From a virus, in IMG/VR virus record IMGVR_UViG_3300032242_003148, positions 1 to 64,000 of that record: a stretch of DNA of 64,000 nt; one strand, 5' to 3'. How positions within the stretch are numbered: the stretch's first letter is position 1; each line of letters opens with the position of its first letter. A program made the position numbers and the translations under genes. The notes under the pieces are model-generated. The model was given only the letters and a program-made list of their open reading frames with translations. It ran no database searches and had not been told where the DNA came from. Shown piece by piece: positions 29,562 through 38,617 of this stretch.

Positions 29562-30018
29562 TATAGTTAGTTAGATATTGCAGTGTTTCTAGTCCCATTG
29601 TGAATGTGTGCAGATCTTTCTGCGCTGACCATTCAGAGCATGAGAATTCTCTGTGCTTGTTTGAATATATATAGTTATATTTGAACCCCTGGAATAACTT
29701 GTCGTAATCCAGTTGGCTTGGCATAGGAGAGAACTGTGGGTGAGTATGAAAACTACCATACATGTTCCAGCCTTTATTCATCATAGGGATAATCTTTTCC
29801 CCGAACTCTTTATGGTCTGTTTCATATAAACCGTAAGCAACAGGCTCTCCCTCATGAACGTTTTTAACTTTTACGAAGATAAAGTCCTTATTGTCTCTGG
29901 TTAATATGATACCACCCTCCTCCTCGTTATCCCGGCGACACTCTATAGCGGCACCGGTGATAACTCTGGAGATACGTGTATTTATTTCTTTTATTACGCG
30001 CATGGAATTAATTGCCAT
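29554..30018 (-). CDS. JAB/MPN (JAMM) metalloprotease
   Basis: Complete JAMM motif E..G...HTHP.....PS..D; overlaps the E1 start. Confidence 0.9.
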   Translation of the reverse strand: MAINSMRVIKEINTRISRVITGAAIECRRDNEEEGGIILTRDNKDFIFVKVKNVHEGEPVAYGLYETDHKEFGEKIIPMMNKGWNMYGSFHTHPQFSPMPSQLDYDKLFQGFKYNYIYSNKHREFSCSEWSAQKDLHTFTMGLETLQYLTNYND

Positions 30019-30662
30019 TTCTCGGCGATCTTCTTTGTTAGTAATAGGTCGTTCCTGAGATAGGCTTTGGCCGCCTCAGTATCCCGCTCGTAGGTCTGAT
30101 AGAATAACTCTTCAGACTTATCCTTGTCACCTACTTCAAGGTGCAATGCTAGCTCCTTGAGGCTGGTGTAGTCCTTTCTACGGCAATCCCACATAGCGGC
30201 AAGATCAATAGATCCAGAGTCATATGCAAAACCGCCATCTGTACGGAAGAACTTAGTAAATAGGTTTTTACCATACTTCAATCCCCTGCGGCAAAGGAAT
30301 GGAATATCAAAGTTATTACCGTTAAAAGTAATAATGTTATACGCCCTACCTCCAGGCATGCCGTCAGCTCCGTCAAAGTAGACCAATAGGTCACTGAAGA
30401 TATTTATGAGTTTTTCCTCACTCATACCACAGTATAACTCAGGTTCTTCTTTGCCTATCTCCCAAATACCAATAGCACAGACCTTAGAAGTTAATGCAGA
30501 TAGTGTGCACTTATCGTAGAAGCTAGCTTCTTTACTCCTCAAGTCTTCTGCTACCTTAACAGGGTCTTTTAGCCTGCTATCAGCCTTGAACTCTGGTATG
30601 AATGGCGCTATCTCCTCTTTGGAAAGAGGAGCCGTTTCTATATCTATAATGTATGTGTTCAT
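29994..30662 (-). CDS. DnaQ/PolB-type 3'-5' exonuclease
   Basis: DIET (ExoI), FNG..FDIPFL (ExoII) and YLRND (ExoIII). Confidence 0.85.
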   Translation of the reverse strand: MNTYIIDIETAPLSKEEIAPFIPEFKADSRLKDPVKVAEDLRSKEASFYDKCTLSALTSKVCAIGIWEIGKEEPELYCGMSEEKLINIFSDLLVYFDGADGMPGGRAYNIITFNGNNFDIPFLCRRGLKYGKNLFTKFFRTDGGFAYDSGSIDLAAMWDCRRKDYTSLKELALHLEVGDKDKSEELFYQTYERDTEAAKAYLRNDLLLTKKIAEKWQLIPCA

Positions 30663-30684
30663 AATTTAATTTGTTGCTATGGCT

Positions 30685-30713
30685 TGGTGGGTAAGGATTT
30701 GCCCTACCCACCA
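30685..30713 (-). terminator. Hairpin with GNRA loop (terminator or processing site)
   Basis: TGGTGGGTAGG-GCAA-ATCCTTACCCACCA; U-tail is poor. Confidence 0.45.
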
Positions 30714-30722
30714 TGTTGATTA

Positions 30723-30941
30723 TTACTCAGAGTATCCTCCGTAGTAATCATTATTAGCCATATTGGTTTTTACTCTTACTGCGTCTGATCTGCCTTCTGT
30801 TAGTCTGTGGAATATATTTAATATTCTTATGTATCCCTTATCTGTTTTAACAGAAGATTTACCAAGTCCTGTTACCTTCTGCCTATGATTAAACTTAAAC
30901 TCTAACTGCACTGTTTTTTTATTTTTTTGGGTGCTTTGCAT
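30723..30941 (-). CDS. Hypothetical protein
   Basis: 72 aa ORF filling a gap. Confidence 0.5.
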   Translation of the reverse strand: MQSTQKNKKTVQLEFKFNHRQKVTGLGKSSVKTDKGYIRILNIFHRLTEGRSDAVRVKTNMANNDYYGGYSE

Positions 30942-30964
30942 AGGGTTATATATTTAATAGGTTA

Positions 30965-33037
30965 TTAGGCAGTGAGGTCTAACTGGTCAATTATATCCGC
31001 CACATCATCGCGATCAGGCTGATAGTCATTATGGGCATTCTCATACTGCGGCTGAGCTTCTCCCTTTAGTGTGCCTATTTTGCCCTGCATAACAGAGTCA
31101 TTTTTCAACACATATAGCCTGGCTGCGATATCATCATAGCCAGCACCACGGAAGTGATTATCGTTAACAATACAGCGATATTGCTTTGATTCAAAGTCGT
31201 ATACCTTTGCGTTCTCAACAACTATCGCATATGTTCTAAGACTACCCTTGACCTTGTAGGCTTTCTTGCCCAGGAACTCTATCATTTCTGCTCCTGTTAC
31301 CTTCACAGCACTATCAAGGAAGTTTTTGCTCCTCTCAATAGATTGCTTCTTAGCCTGGTCAGCAACATCAATGATCTTCTTGATGTCATCTGACGTTACC
31401 GTGGTGGTTGTGATGGAATTTTCTGTGCCATCTTCATTTTTTGTAACTGTGGTGAACGTGCAGCAATCCCTGATGGCTCTTGCTAACTCTTCTCTGGCCC
31501 AGCGCCAATTACGGGTTTTGCTAGCCTTGTTACTCCAACGGTCATTGGTTTTCTTGTTAATTGTATCAATTCTAGTAATCAATTTACCAAGACTAACCTT
31601 ACCACCATCATCTCCCTCTACCCTGATCTTGATGCATTTTGCAGCAGGATCAATCCAGAACTTAACAGGTGGAGCAGCAGAGCTGGCTACAGGGCTGTTA
31701 TATTCATCGCGGGTTATAAGGCTATGCATTTTAACAGGCAAGCCATTTGCTATAGCATCATGCCAGCGTATGCTCATTTTGCTGATTCTTCGCACAAACA
31801 GATTATATTCATCCAGGTTGTGATGACAGCTTGCACGATACATAACCTGCTGAACCTCAACAGCATTTATTCTTTTGCCGTTGATCTTTCTGGCTCCATG
31901 TTTGTTCTTGGTAACCTGCACATCAAATCCATTGATTTTAACCAATGGGAATGTATATGTTGCATCGTTAACTTCTTGGGCGTCAACTATATCCTCAAAG
32001 GCATTTGTATAAGTCTCTATGATGGTATAGATGTCAAACTCACCACCAAAGTTGAGTTTTTCGTATAGCACATCAAGTAGGTTATCGCCCTCTATGCTGA
32101 TGTTCTCATACACAGCTGACTTCTTGGTAAGCATGATATTGTTGATGCTGGCTTTTTCAATTTCGCCGGCCTTTAACTTATTGATTACCAGCAGAGAAGT
32201 GTTATTTTGATAATCCTTCTCTATGAACCCTCTGAGCTCATCATACTTACCACGTAGCTTAGGTGGTAGCTTCTTCTCCATTTTCAATCGCATCATCTGC
32301 GCTTCTGTGGAGTGTACAAAGCTGTTATTTTTTAGCATTGTGCATAGCTTAGGATGTAGTGATGCCAGCAGATAGATATGCATTGTGTGTATATCTAGCT
32401 CATTGGTTATAACAATATATCTTTCCTCTTTACCTGATAGGGAAGTATTTGAGAATCCCAGAATAAAGAATCCTTTATCTAGGTAATCATATATAGCGTC
32501 ATCATCACGCCCTATAACAAGTATTTTATTATTTGTATGGGCAGTAGTAACAATCCTATAGGTGTGATTATTCTCCATTACCTCTAGTGGGCTATTCTGA
32601 ATAACATAAGGAGTACGGATTGTATCCGGCATGTCCTTTGGAATAAATCTCATGGTTTTGAACCGCTTGGCAAGTTCAGGGCCATTAGCTTTGTTTATCT
32701 TTTTAGCAGTTCCCTTCTTTTCAGATTCTCCATACTTTAGGGAATCATAGAATTTATGCCCTGGTGTTCCGGAGTTATTCTTATTTGCGAACAAATTTCC
32801 AAGCTCTAGTCCGTTTGTGTTTATTTGTGCTACCTTGGCGTAATTCCATGCAGCTTGAAGTGTTTTGAACTTCAGCTTGTGAATCTTCATGGTGTAGGCA
32901 TTATCATGTGGGAATGGCTTACCATGATTCACTTTTTGCCAGTCGATCTCGAATTCCACAGCACCCTCCGCAGGGAATGCTTTTAACTTATTGAATAAAT
33001 TAATGTATGATTTAAATTTTTTAATAGATAGTTCCAT
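30965..33037 (-). CDS. 690 aa unknown protein; candidate E2-like carrier or target of the Ubl system
   Basis: Directly downstream of the Ubl gene. C-terminal strand-rich segment KVKGSLRTYAI...YRCIV...DDIAARL..LKND contains a lone Cys. Function is inferred. Confidence 0.45.
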   Translation of the reverse strand: MELSIKKFKSYINLFNKLKAFPAEGAVEFEIDWQKVNHGKPFPHDNAYTMKIHKLKFKTLQAAWNYAKVAQINTNGLELGNLFANKNNSGTPGHKFYDSLKYGESEKKGTAKKINKANGPELAKRFKTMRFIPKDMPDTIRTPYVIQNSPLEVMENNHTYRIVTTAHTNNKILVIGRDDDAIYDYLDKGFFILGFSNTSLSGKEERYIVITNELDIHTMHIYLLASLHPKLCTMLKNNSFVHSTEAQMMRLKMEKKLPPKLRGKYDELRGFIEKDYQNNTSLLVINKLKAGEIEKASINNIMLTKKSAVYENISIEGDNLLDVLYEKLNFGGEFDIYTIIETYTNAFEDIVDAQEVNDATYTFPLVKINGFDVQVTKNKHGARKINGKRINAVEVQQVMYRASCHHNLDEYNLFVRRISKMSIRWHDAIANGLPVKMHSLITRDEYNSPVASSAAPPVKFWIDPAAKCIKIRVEGDDGGKVSLGKLITRIDTINKKTNDRWSNKASKTRNWRWAREELARAIRDCCTFTTVTKNEDGTENSITTTTVTSDDIKKIIDVADQAKKQSIERSKNFLDSAVKVTGAEMIEFLGKKAYKVKGSLRTYAIVVENAKVYDFESKQYRCIVNDNHFRGAGYDDIAARLYVLKNDSVMQGKIGTLKGEAQPQYENAHNDYQPDRDDVADIIDQLDLTA

Positions 33038-33068
33038 GTATGTATATGGTTAGTTGTTTAAAATAGAA

Positions 33069-33100
33069 GTGGGAGAAGGGAAATTAATCCCCTCTCCCAC
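33069..33100 (-). terminator. Intrinsic terminator after the Ubl gene
   Basis: GTGGGAGAGGGGA-TTAATT-TCCCTTCTCCCAC followed by TTCTATTTT. Confidence 0.8.
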
Positions 33101-33121
33101 AACATTATTGCCTAACGGCGA

Positions 33122-33385
33122 TTACTTGCTGCCGCCAACAAGAGTTCCAGAAAGAACAATGTTGGTATCCTCAGCTTTACCAAGACGAAGAGCGAGCTTC
33201 TCCTTGTTCTTGTCTGAGGTGACTTCTCCACCATCAAACTCGAAGAGCTGACCGTCGATCCATACCCAGTGGGCGTGTGAGGCCACCTTTTCGGTGATTG
33301 CGGTTACAGCCTGATCCAGGGTCTGGTCAGCGAGTTCAGTGTGTCCGGTGTTATCGGAGATTTTAACGATGTATTTCTTGTCCAT
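33122..33385 (-). CDS. Ubiquitin-like (beta-grasp) protein precursor
   Basis: 87 aa; pattern of N-terminal hairpin, helix, VWIDG and final strand IVLSGTLVGG, followed by an SK extension; E1 and JAB genes lie downstream. Confidence 0.75.
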   Translation of the reverse strand: MDKKYIVKISDNTGHTELADQTLDQAVTAITEKVASHAHWVWIDGQLFEFDGGEVTSDKNKEKLALRLGKAEDTNIVLSGTLVGGSK

Positions 33386-33432
33386 ATGTGTATATGTTGT
33401 TTGTTGTTTGTGTTGTTTACCGAATTACTAAC

Positions 33433-34164
33433 TTACTTCTGCCCAAAAAGCGCCTGAGCAACGACGTGTAGGTTCTCTAGATAGCCTGCATCGATAATCC
33501 TATCGATATAGCTCTTTCCAGAGTAGTTCTTAGCTTTACCCAATCCGATCTCCTCCAAGGTATAACCCTGTTTGCCTAGCTCGATGCGCATAATGCGATC
33601 AAACTGTGCATAGAGTGCCTTGTAGGTATTACGATGATCTTCACGGTCACTTGCCTGAACCTGTTCAGGGGTTAAACCCTTCATCTCGATCTGGCGCATG
33701 GCTTCCTTGTGGACCAACTTGTTGATCTCATCCTTGAGATTACGCTTTAACGTTTCCTCAGGTGATGTGATGTGACTACGCACGGCATCAACAGTGAGCT
33801 TTGGCATCACTGGTTGAGCTTTTGGAATATCCGCTTCAATTTGAGGGATTTCTTTTTGCGCTTCTAGACTCGCACCCTGGGTAGGGTTAACACCCTTGAA
33901 GGTGTAACCCGCTGTGGTTGCGGATTTCTTGATTGGTGTTGGACCGCAAGATGCATTGTATAGATGCACGTTATTGGCCAACACAAACTGGCGATTACGT
34001 GTAACACCATCAATGGTAACGCGTTCTGTGAAGATTGCGTTTTCCTTTTTGAAGGCATTAACAGGAGTCATTCCGGCGTGTTCAACAAGATCACTCACGC
34101 AATATGCGGGGTGTCCGTTGACTGTGGCTGTTCTCAGGTTTGCTGTGTTTATAGGTACTTTCAT
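33433..34164 (-). CDS. Bro-N/antirepressor-like DNA-binding protein
   Basis: N-terminal LRTATVNGHPAYCVSDL resembles Bro-N; helical C-terminal domain. Confidence 0.5.
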   Translation of the reverse strand: MKVPINTANLRTATVNGHPAYCVSDLVEHAGMTPVNAFKKENAIFTERVTIDGVTRNRQFVLANNVHLYNASCGPTPIKKSATTAGYTFKGVNPTQGASLEAQKEIPQIEADIPKAQPVMPKLTVDAVRSHITSPEETLKRNLKDEINKLVHKEAMRQIEMKGLTPEQVQASDREDHRNTYKALYAQFDRIMRIELGKQGYTLEEIGLGKAKNYSGKSYIDRIIDAGYLENLHVVAQALFGQK

Positions 34165-34219
34165 GTGTGCTGTTTTGTTGCGTCCGGCCCATATGGGTGG
34201 ACTTTGTTTTCTGCTATTC

Positions 34220-34954
34220 CTATTTGTGTATAGGAAATTGTATATGCCTCAACTTACCCGTTTTAAGGGGTCTGTCAATGCATGCCCTGCATCTACTGCA
34301 GGCACCGTAATCTTTTGTACTCTTGGTCTGCTTGTTAACAGCAGGACAAGATAGATACTCTCTATCGTTTAAAAGTTCTTCTGGAAAGGTATCACCCATC
34401 CAAGCAATAGCCACATTAGGATAATCCCTGTATGGCTCGTATGCTTTTAGAACTTGTTTTATATTAACAGGGTCACAACTCAGATATATGGATAAGTTCT
34501 TAACCTCTGCTAGGATAGGTATGGCGAATAGAGACCTGGTATACCCCCAGAATCTAGTATTCGGCCATTCCTTCATAACATGGGCCCAAGCTCTTGCGTA
34601 GACTTCGTTAAAGAAATCTCCTCCCATATGCAGCCTGAAGAACTGCTTGGTGTTTCCACCGCCCAATAAAAACTTCAGTACTGTGTTTCTTATTATCTCC
34701 ACCATAAGAGGATAATCAGCTTTCAATATGATGTTGGTATTGTGATCCTCCACCTTTTGATAGTTCTTGTATATCCTGCTTGTGGTACAAGCATAACAAA
34801 CATCCTCACAACCCTCATCTCCACCTGTGGCTCCTGGACAAGTACCACCTCGTTCTGGTTTACCGGTTTTGAGTCCGAATGTGTTTTTATGGTTTTTGTG
34901 AAACCTTGTTTTCCTGTTCTCTGATAACTTAAAGCTTAATAGGCTGTTTAGCAT
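34220..34954 (-). CDS. GP88-family Cys-rich (radical-SAM-like) phage protein
   Basis: TCPGAT...C...CYA, FRLH.GGDF, FWGYTRS and CPA...C..CRAC motifs. Confidence 0.75.
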   Translation of the reverse strand: MLNSLLSFKLSENRKTRFHKNHKNTFGLKTGKPERGGTCPGATGGDEGCEDVCYACTTSRIYKNYQKVEDHNTNIILKADYPLMVEIIRNTVLKFLLGGGNTKQFFRLHMGGDFFNEVYARAWAHVMKEWPNTRFWGYTRSLFAIPILAEVKNLSIYLSCDPVNIKQVLKAYEPYRDYPNVAIAWMGDTFPEELLNDREYLSCPAVNKQTKSTKDYGACSRCRACIDRPLKTGKLRHIQFPIHK

Positions 34955-35157
34955 TAGAAGTATGTGTGTTCTTTTATGTCCTCCCTACTATTTACATACC
35001 CGCCAAAACTTTCGAATTGGCAGGTGTTGCACATAGTAACTTGGTATTCTTTGCCTTTGTCATTTGTGCCCTCCCACGTGGAAACATTTCTGCTCCCGCA
35101 GCAAGGACAATCTCCATCGGCTTCGCTTGTGTATATTGTTTTTCTTTTGATTGGCAT
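34954..35157 (-). CDS. Small Zn-ribbon protein
   Basis: CPCCG...CNTC; likely start MPIKRK immediately after the polymerase stop. Confidence 0.55.
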   Translation of the reverse strand: MPIKRKTIYTSEADGDCPCCGSRNVSTWEGTNDKGKEYQVTMCNTCQFESFGGYVNSREDIKEHTYF

Positions 35158-35158
35158 A

Positions 35159-37846
35159 TTAATGGCTCCAGTCCCATGATTGGGTCTGATTGTTCCAAAC
35201 TGTTTCTTTCTCGAAGAATTTCTTCTTACCTTTCCATCTGTCACTAACAACTAACTCACAACCTAGTTTATCTCCTGTGGCGATTCTTGTGTAATCACAG
35301 AAGACATGTCTTAGTATCTCAGGAAGATAGTTATCTTTCATAAGATCTTTGTGAGCAATCCAGTAGTTAGCATCATGTACCACATTAACAGGATAAATAT
35401 ATTTCATCCAGAGGCCCTCACTCTTTAGGAATTTTCTGATGTTCACAGAAGCATACCACATGAACAACGCCAATTCAGAAGCCACAGGAAAAGCTAAACT
35501 CTCATTCAGCCAACCTGCCTTGATTCCGAAATTGTCTGTTTTTTCATATGATAACTGCATACCTCTGGCATTAGATATTCTTTCGTAAGCGTTAACCTCA
35601 GCATTACATTCTTCTCTATACCCCATGTATGTACTATATCTCTTCCAGGTTTCCAAAGCATATTGAATCAGCTCTAGCGGAACATGTAATCCGTTTTCAG
35701 CGTAGATCTCAGCCTGAATAGGAATTGCGGCATAGTCCAGCCCTGCAGTATAAGAAACACGAAATGTGATACTCTTTGCGATAACATATTTAGAAACATC
35801 TTTCTTGGATAACCCAGGGTCTTGGAAGTATTCTCGCATCTTGGTTTGATGGAAATTTCCTGCCCTGATATCCTTGATAAACGCTTCATCCTTGCTAAGG
35901 AATGCCATAATTGCAAGGTCTGCACCTGCAATGTCTAGCTCTACCCAATGATAATCCTGACTACCGGAGTAGAATATATTCCTGATGTTGTCTGGTAGCT
36001 TACTGTTGTGATTAGCTTGTTCATCCTTGGTCATTAATGAATAACCAGGTACGAAGATATTAGGGATGTGAGCCAACACCTTTGATGCAGGATTTTGGAC
36101 GTTTGGAGAGCTAGATGCTCGGAAGTTTTTAAGAAGCTCAAAGAAGCTTGCATGTACTCTTCCGTCATTAGCAATCGCCGCCCAATAACTCTGCTTTAGT
36201 GGTTCATCATCATCGCCATCCTCTAACTCTGATTCATCCATGACCACACCTTTCTTGGATAAGAACTTAGTAGCGAATACTCCTATTCTGGAAATATTCA
36301 ACAATAGTTCTACCGCCTTGTGCTTGACTTTTAGATCTTCAGAGTCGTTCTCCTCCATATCCTCCTCTAGTTCGAACTTGATGGTGGATAGGGATTTACC
36401 ATTTGTGCTAGGTGAGAATAGCCTTTGTGTTTGGGGGCTCTGCTTCTCGTACCATACTCTAGGCTTTGGTGACTTTCCTGCTTTTGTATAGTATGCAGGA
36501 GGTAACGCCAAAGTACTGAATAAGAATTCTTTCTTTTGCAGTGAAGAGTTAGGATTGAACCCCTTGATACCAAAGTGGTTATCCATAAAGGTATCCATCT
36601 CCTCTCTCAAGCTGTTATATTTATTCAAATATTTATCAGTGATCTCATTTAATACATCAAGGTCTATGGGTATGCCGGTAAGCTCCATATCCAGGAAGTA
36701 ATTTGTGAGAGGTAGATAAACACCGTCATAATAACCCTTTAGCTCTTTTGGGAAACCCTCACGCATTCTTAAACACGCTTCACGATGAGCCACAGCATCA
36801 CCAGCACAATAATGATAATATGTGTCAGGTTCAAAGAACTTCATCTTTGCTAATGCTGCCTTTGGCAACTTATGCTCTTTCATCTTACGATAGAAAGGAA
36901 CATAGTATGGCTCATAGTTAGTAAACTTCTTAATGCCTGTTTCTAGGCCCTTGGCCATTCTAGAGTCAAAGAAAGCCACTGCCTTCATACCATCAAACCC
37001 TAGAGTCTCATCCGCTAGTTTAAACCCTCTATAGGTCAACCTGATATCGTCAGCGCGTATATTCCAGCCTAGCCTATCTGCTTTAGGATGCTCTAGAATA
37101 AGCTTCATGGTATCTAGTAGCTCACGGTTCTCTGTTACACCATCCTTGGATATGTTAAGAACCACGGCCACATGCTTTTCGCAAGAGTATTGAAACTCAT
37201 ACATCACCTCGTCATCAGTGAACTTACTCCCATACCACTCAGCATCATAACCAATAGAAAACATTTCCCTGGATATATAGTCTTTTAGTATGGCTATATT
37301 CTCTTCAGGACTATCCACTATCTTGTATGTATACTCTTGGTACTGGAGATTATTATCCACTGCTTTTTTGGCTAGCATGAATATATCTCTAAACTCAGGA
37401 CGTTTTGTAGGGTCCTGAACTGTGACCATTCCTGGTGAATAATTAGCTAGTAGCTTACCGTATGGGGAATCTATGATTTCGCCGAGGTAGTCTCCTACCT
37501 TCATATTGGTTTTCATGATTCTCTTGAATACTTCAGCGCCTAGACTAATGATTAGCTGTGGTTTGATTTCTTCTATCTCCTTATCCAGCTTTTCACTCCA
37601 GAATTCTATATCTTCTGCTGGTGGCTTTGGCTTGCTACCTATGCCATTTCTTACCATAGCAGTGAAGTAGCATTCTTCTACTGGTATCTCTGCCTCTTCC
37701 AGGGCATCTAATACTTCGTTGGCTGATCCCCCAGACCTACCAAAATGAGCAACCTGAAGGTCGTCCTTGGTGGGATGGGAGAATACGATCATATATTTCG
37801 CCCCCGGTCCTCCTCTGGGTTTTACTTCTACTTTTGTGTCGCTCAT
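35159..37846 (-). CDS. Family A DNA polymerase with N-terminal UDG-like domain and 3'-5' exonuclease (SPO1-like architecture)
   Basis: UDG-like EI..IKP.LIISLG; exonuclease motifs DAE, NIRAD and YCAGD; polymerase motifs RASSSPNVQN, A (DIAGADL), B (AKSITF...Y) and C (VHD). Confidence 0.9.
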   Translation of the reverse strand: MSDTKVEVKPRGGPGAKYMIVFSHPTKDDLQVAHFGRSGGSANEVLDALEEAEIPVEECYFTAMVRNGIGSKPKPPAEDIEFWSEKLDKEIEEIKPQLIISLGAEVFKRIMKTNMKVGDYLGEIIDSPYGKLLANYSPGMVTVQDPTKRPEFRDIFMLAKKAVDNNLQYQEYTYKIVDSPEENIAILKDYISREMFSIGYDAEWYGSKFTDDEVMYEFQYSCEKHVAVVLNISKDGVTENRELLDTMKLILEHPKADRLGWNIRADDIRLTYRGFKLADETLGFDGMKAVAFFDSRMAKGLETGIKKFTNYEPYYVPFYRKMKEHKLPKAALAKMKFFEPDTYYHYCAGDAVAHREACLRMREGFPKELKGYYDGVYLPLTNYFLDMELTGIPIDLDVLNEITDKYLNKYNSLREEMDTFMDNHFGIKGFNPNSSLQKKEFLFSTLALPPAYYTKAGKSPKPRVWYEKQSPQTQRLFSPSTNGKSLSTIKFELEEDMEENDSEDLKVKHKAVELLLNISRIGVFATKFLSKKGVVMDESELEDGDDDEPLKQSYWAAIANDGRVHASFFELLKNFRASSSPNVQNPASKVLAHIPNIFVPGYSLMTKDEQANHNSKLPDNIRNIFYSGSQDYHWVELDIAGADLAIMAFLSKDEAFIKDIRAGNFHQTKMREYFQDPGLSKKDVSKYVIAKSITFRVSYTAGLDYAAIPIQAEIYAENGLHVPLELIQYALETWKRYSTYMGYREECNAEVNAYERISNARGMQLSYEKTDNFGIKAGWLNESLAFPVASELALFMWYASVNIRKFLKSEGLWMKYIYPVNVVHDANYWIAHKDLMKDNYLPEILRHVFCDYTRIATGDKLGCELVVSDRWKGKKKFFEKETVWNNQTQSWDWSH

Positions 37847-37854
37847 GTGTTTTA

Positions 37855-38142
37855 TTATTTTTCTAAATCTATACCTGTGGATGGTTCATCGTATTCATAT
37901 CCAAGATGCGCTCCATCCGGCAAGCTATACCCAAGAGCCAACAAGAATCTTTCAAATGATTCTATGGCTTCGGGTAGCAGGGCATCAGTAAACATATTAA
38001 AATGTACTGTGGTGTGCGGGGCAGTCATCCAAGATGGTGTTGTTACTGTGAATGTGTGTTGTCTTTTCTCATTGTTCGTCATATTCGTCGTAATCTTCTT
38101 GTTTTGGTAGTTCCCCGAAAAGATTAAGCATGATATTTCCAA
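37855..38142 (-). CDS. Hypothetical protein
   Basis: FERFLLALGY motif; the start may be further downstream (MTNNE). Confidence 0.55.
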   Translation of the reverse strand: MEISCLIFSGNYQNKKITTNMTNNEKRQHTFTVTTPSWMTAPHTTVHFNMFTDALLPEAIESFERFLLALGYSLPDGAHLGYEYDEPSTGIDLEK

Positions 38143-38617
38143 ATATTCCTATGTCATTAGTAATATCTAGCCCTGCTTCTCTCCAGCTCACTCCTGTGAA
38201 TTTGTTTTCTGTTTTCTCGTACACCACGCCTTTTTCTACCTTTAGGCATAGGTGGGGCTCTATAGAGCTATCGAATACTCTAGGATAGTTTACATTCATG
38301 CTCTCATCAGAGCTGTCCATGAATAACCCACCTATCTTTCTTTCTGAAATGATTTCATAATCATCCCTACCCAACTGGCATGAGAATCTTATTAGATCTT
38401 TTCCGTGTGTGTCTGAATAAGATGCTGATACTAGATAAACCGCGTCAAAACTCCTGGATAAGCATGTATACTTTCCGAACGTATATTTCATGTCGAAGGG
38501 ATGTTTCCCTACGACTTCATTATCCAAGAAGTCAAAGACTCCCAAGACAATATAGTCCTTTGTATGGTTAGCTTTTCCAAGAGCAAAGAATATACTATCT
38601 TGGGAGTGTATTTGCAT
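38069..38617 (-). CDS. Hypothetical protein
   Basis: Start coupled to the helicase stop codon. Confidence 0.6.
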   Translation of the reverse strand: MQIHSQDSIFFALGKANHTKDYIVLGVFDFLDNEVVGKHPFDMKYTFGKYTCLSRSFDAVYLVSASYSDTHGKDLIRFSCQLGRDDYEIISERKIGGLFMDSSDESMNVNYPRVFDSSIEPHLCLKVEKGVVYEKTENKFTGVSWREAGLDITNDIGIFGNIMLNLFGELPKQEDYDEYDEQ

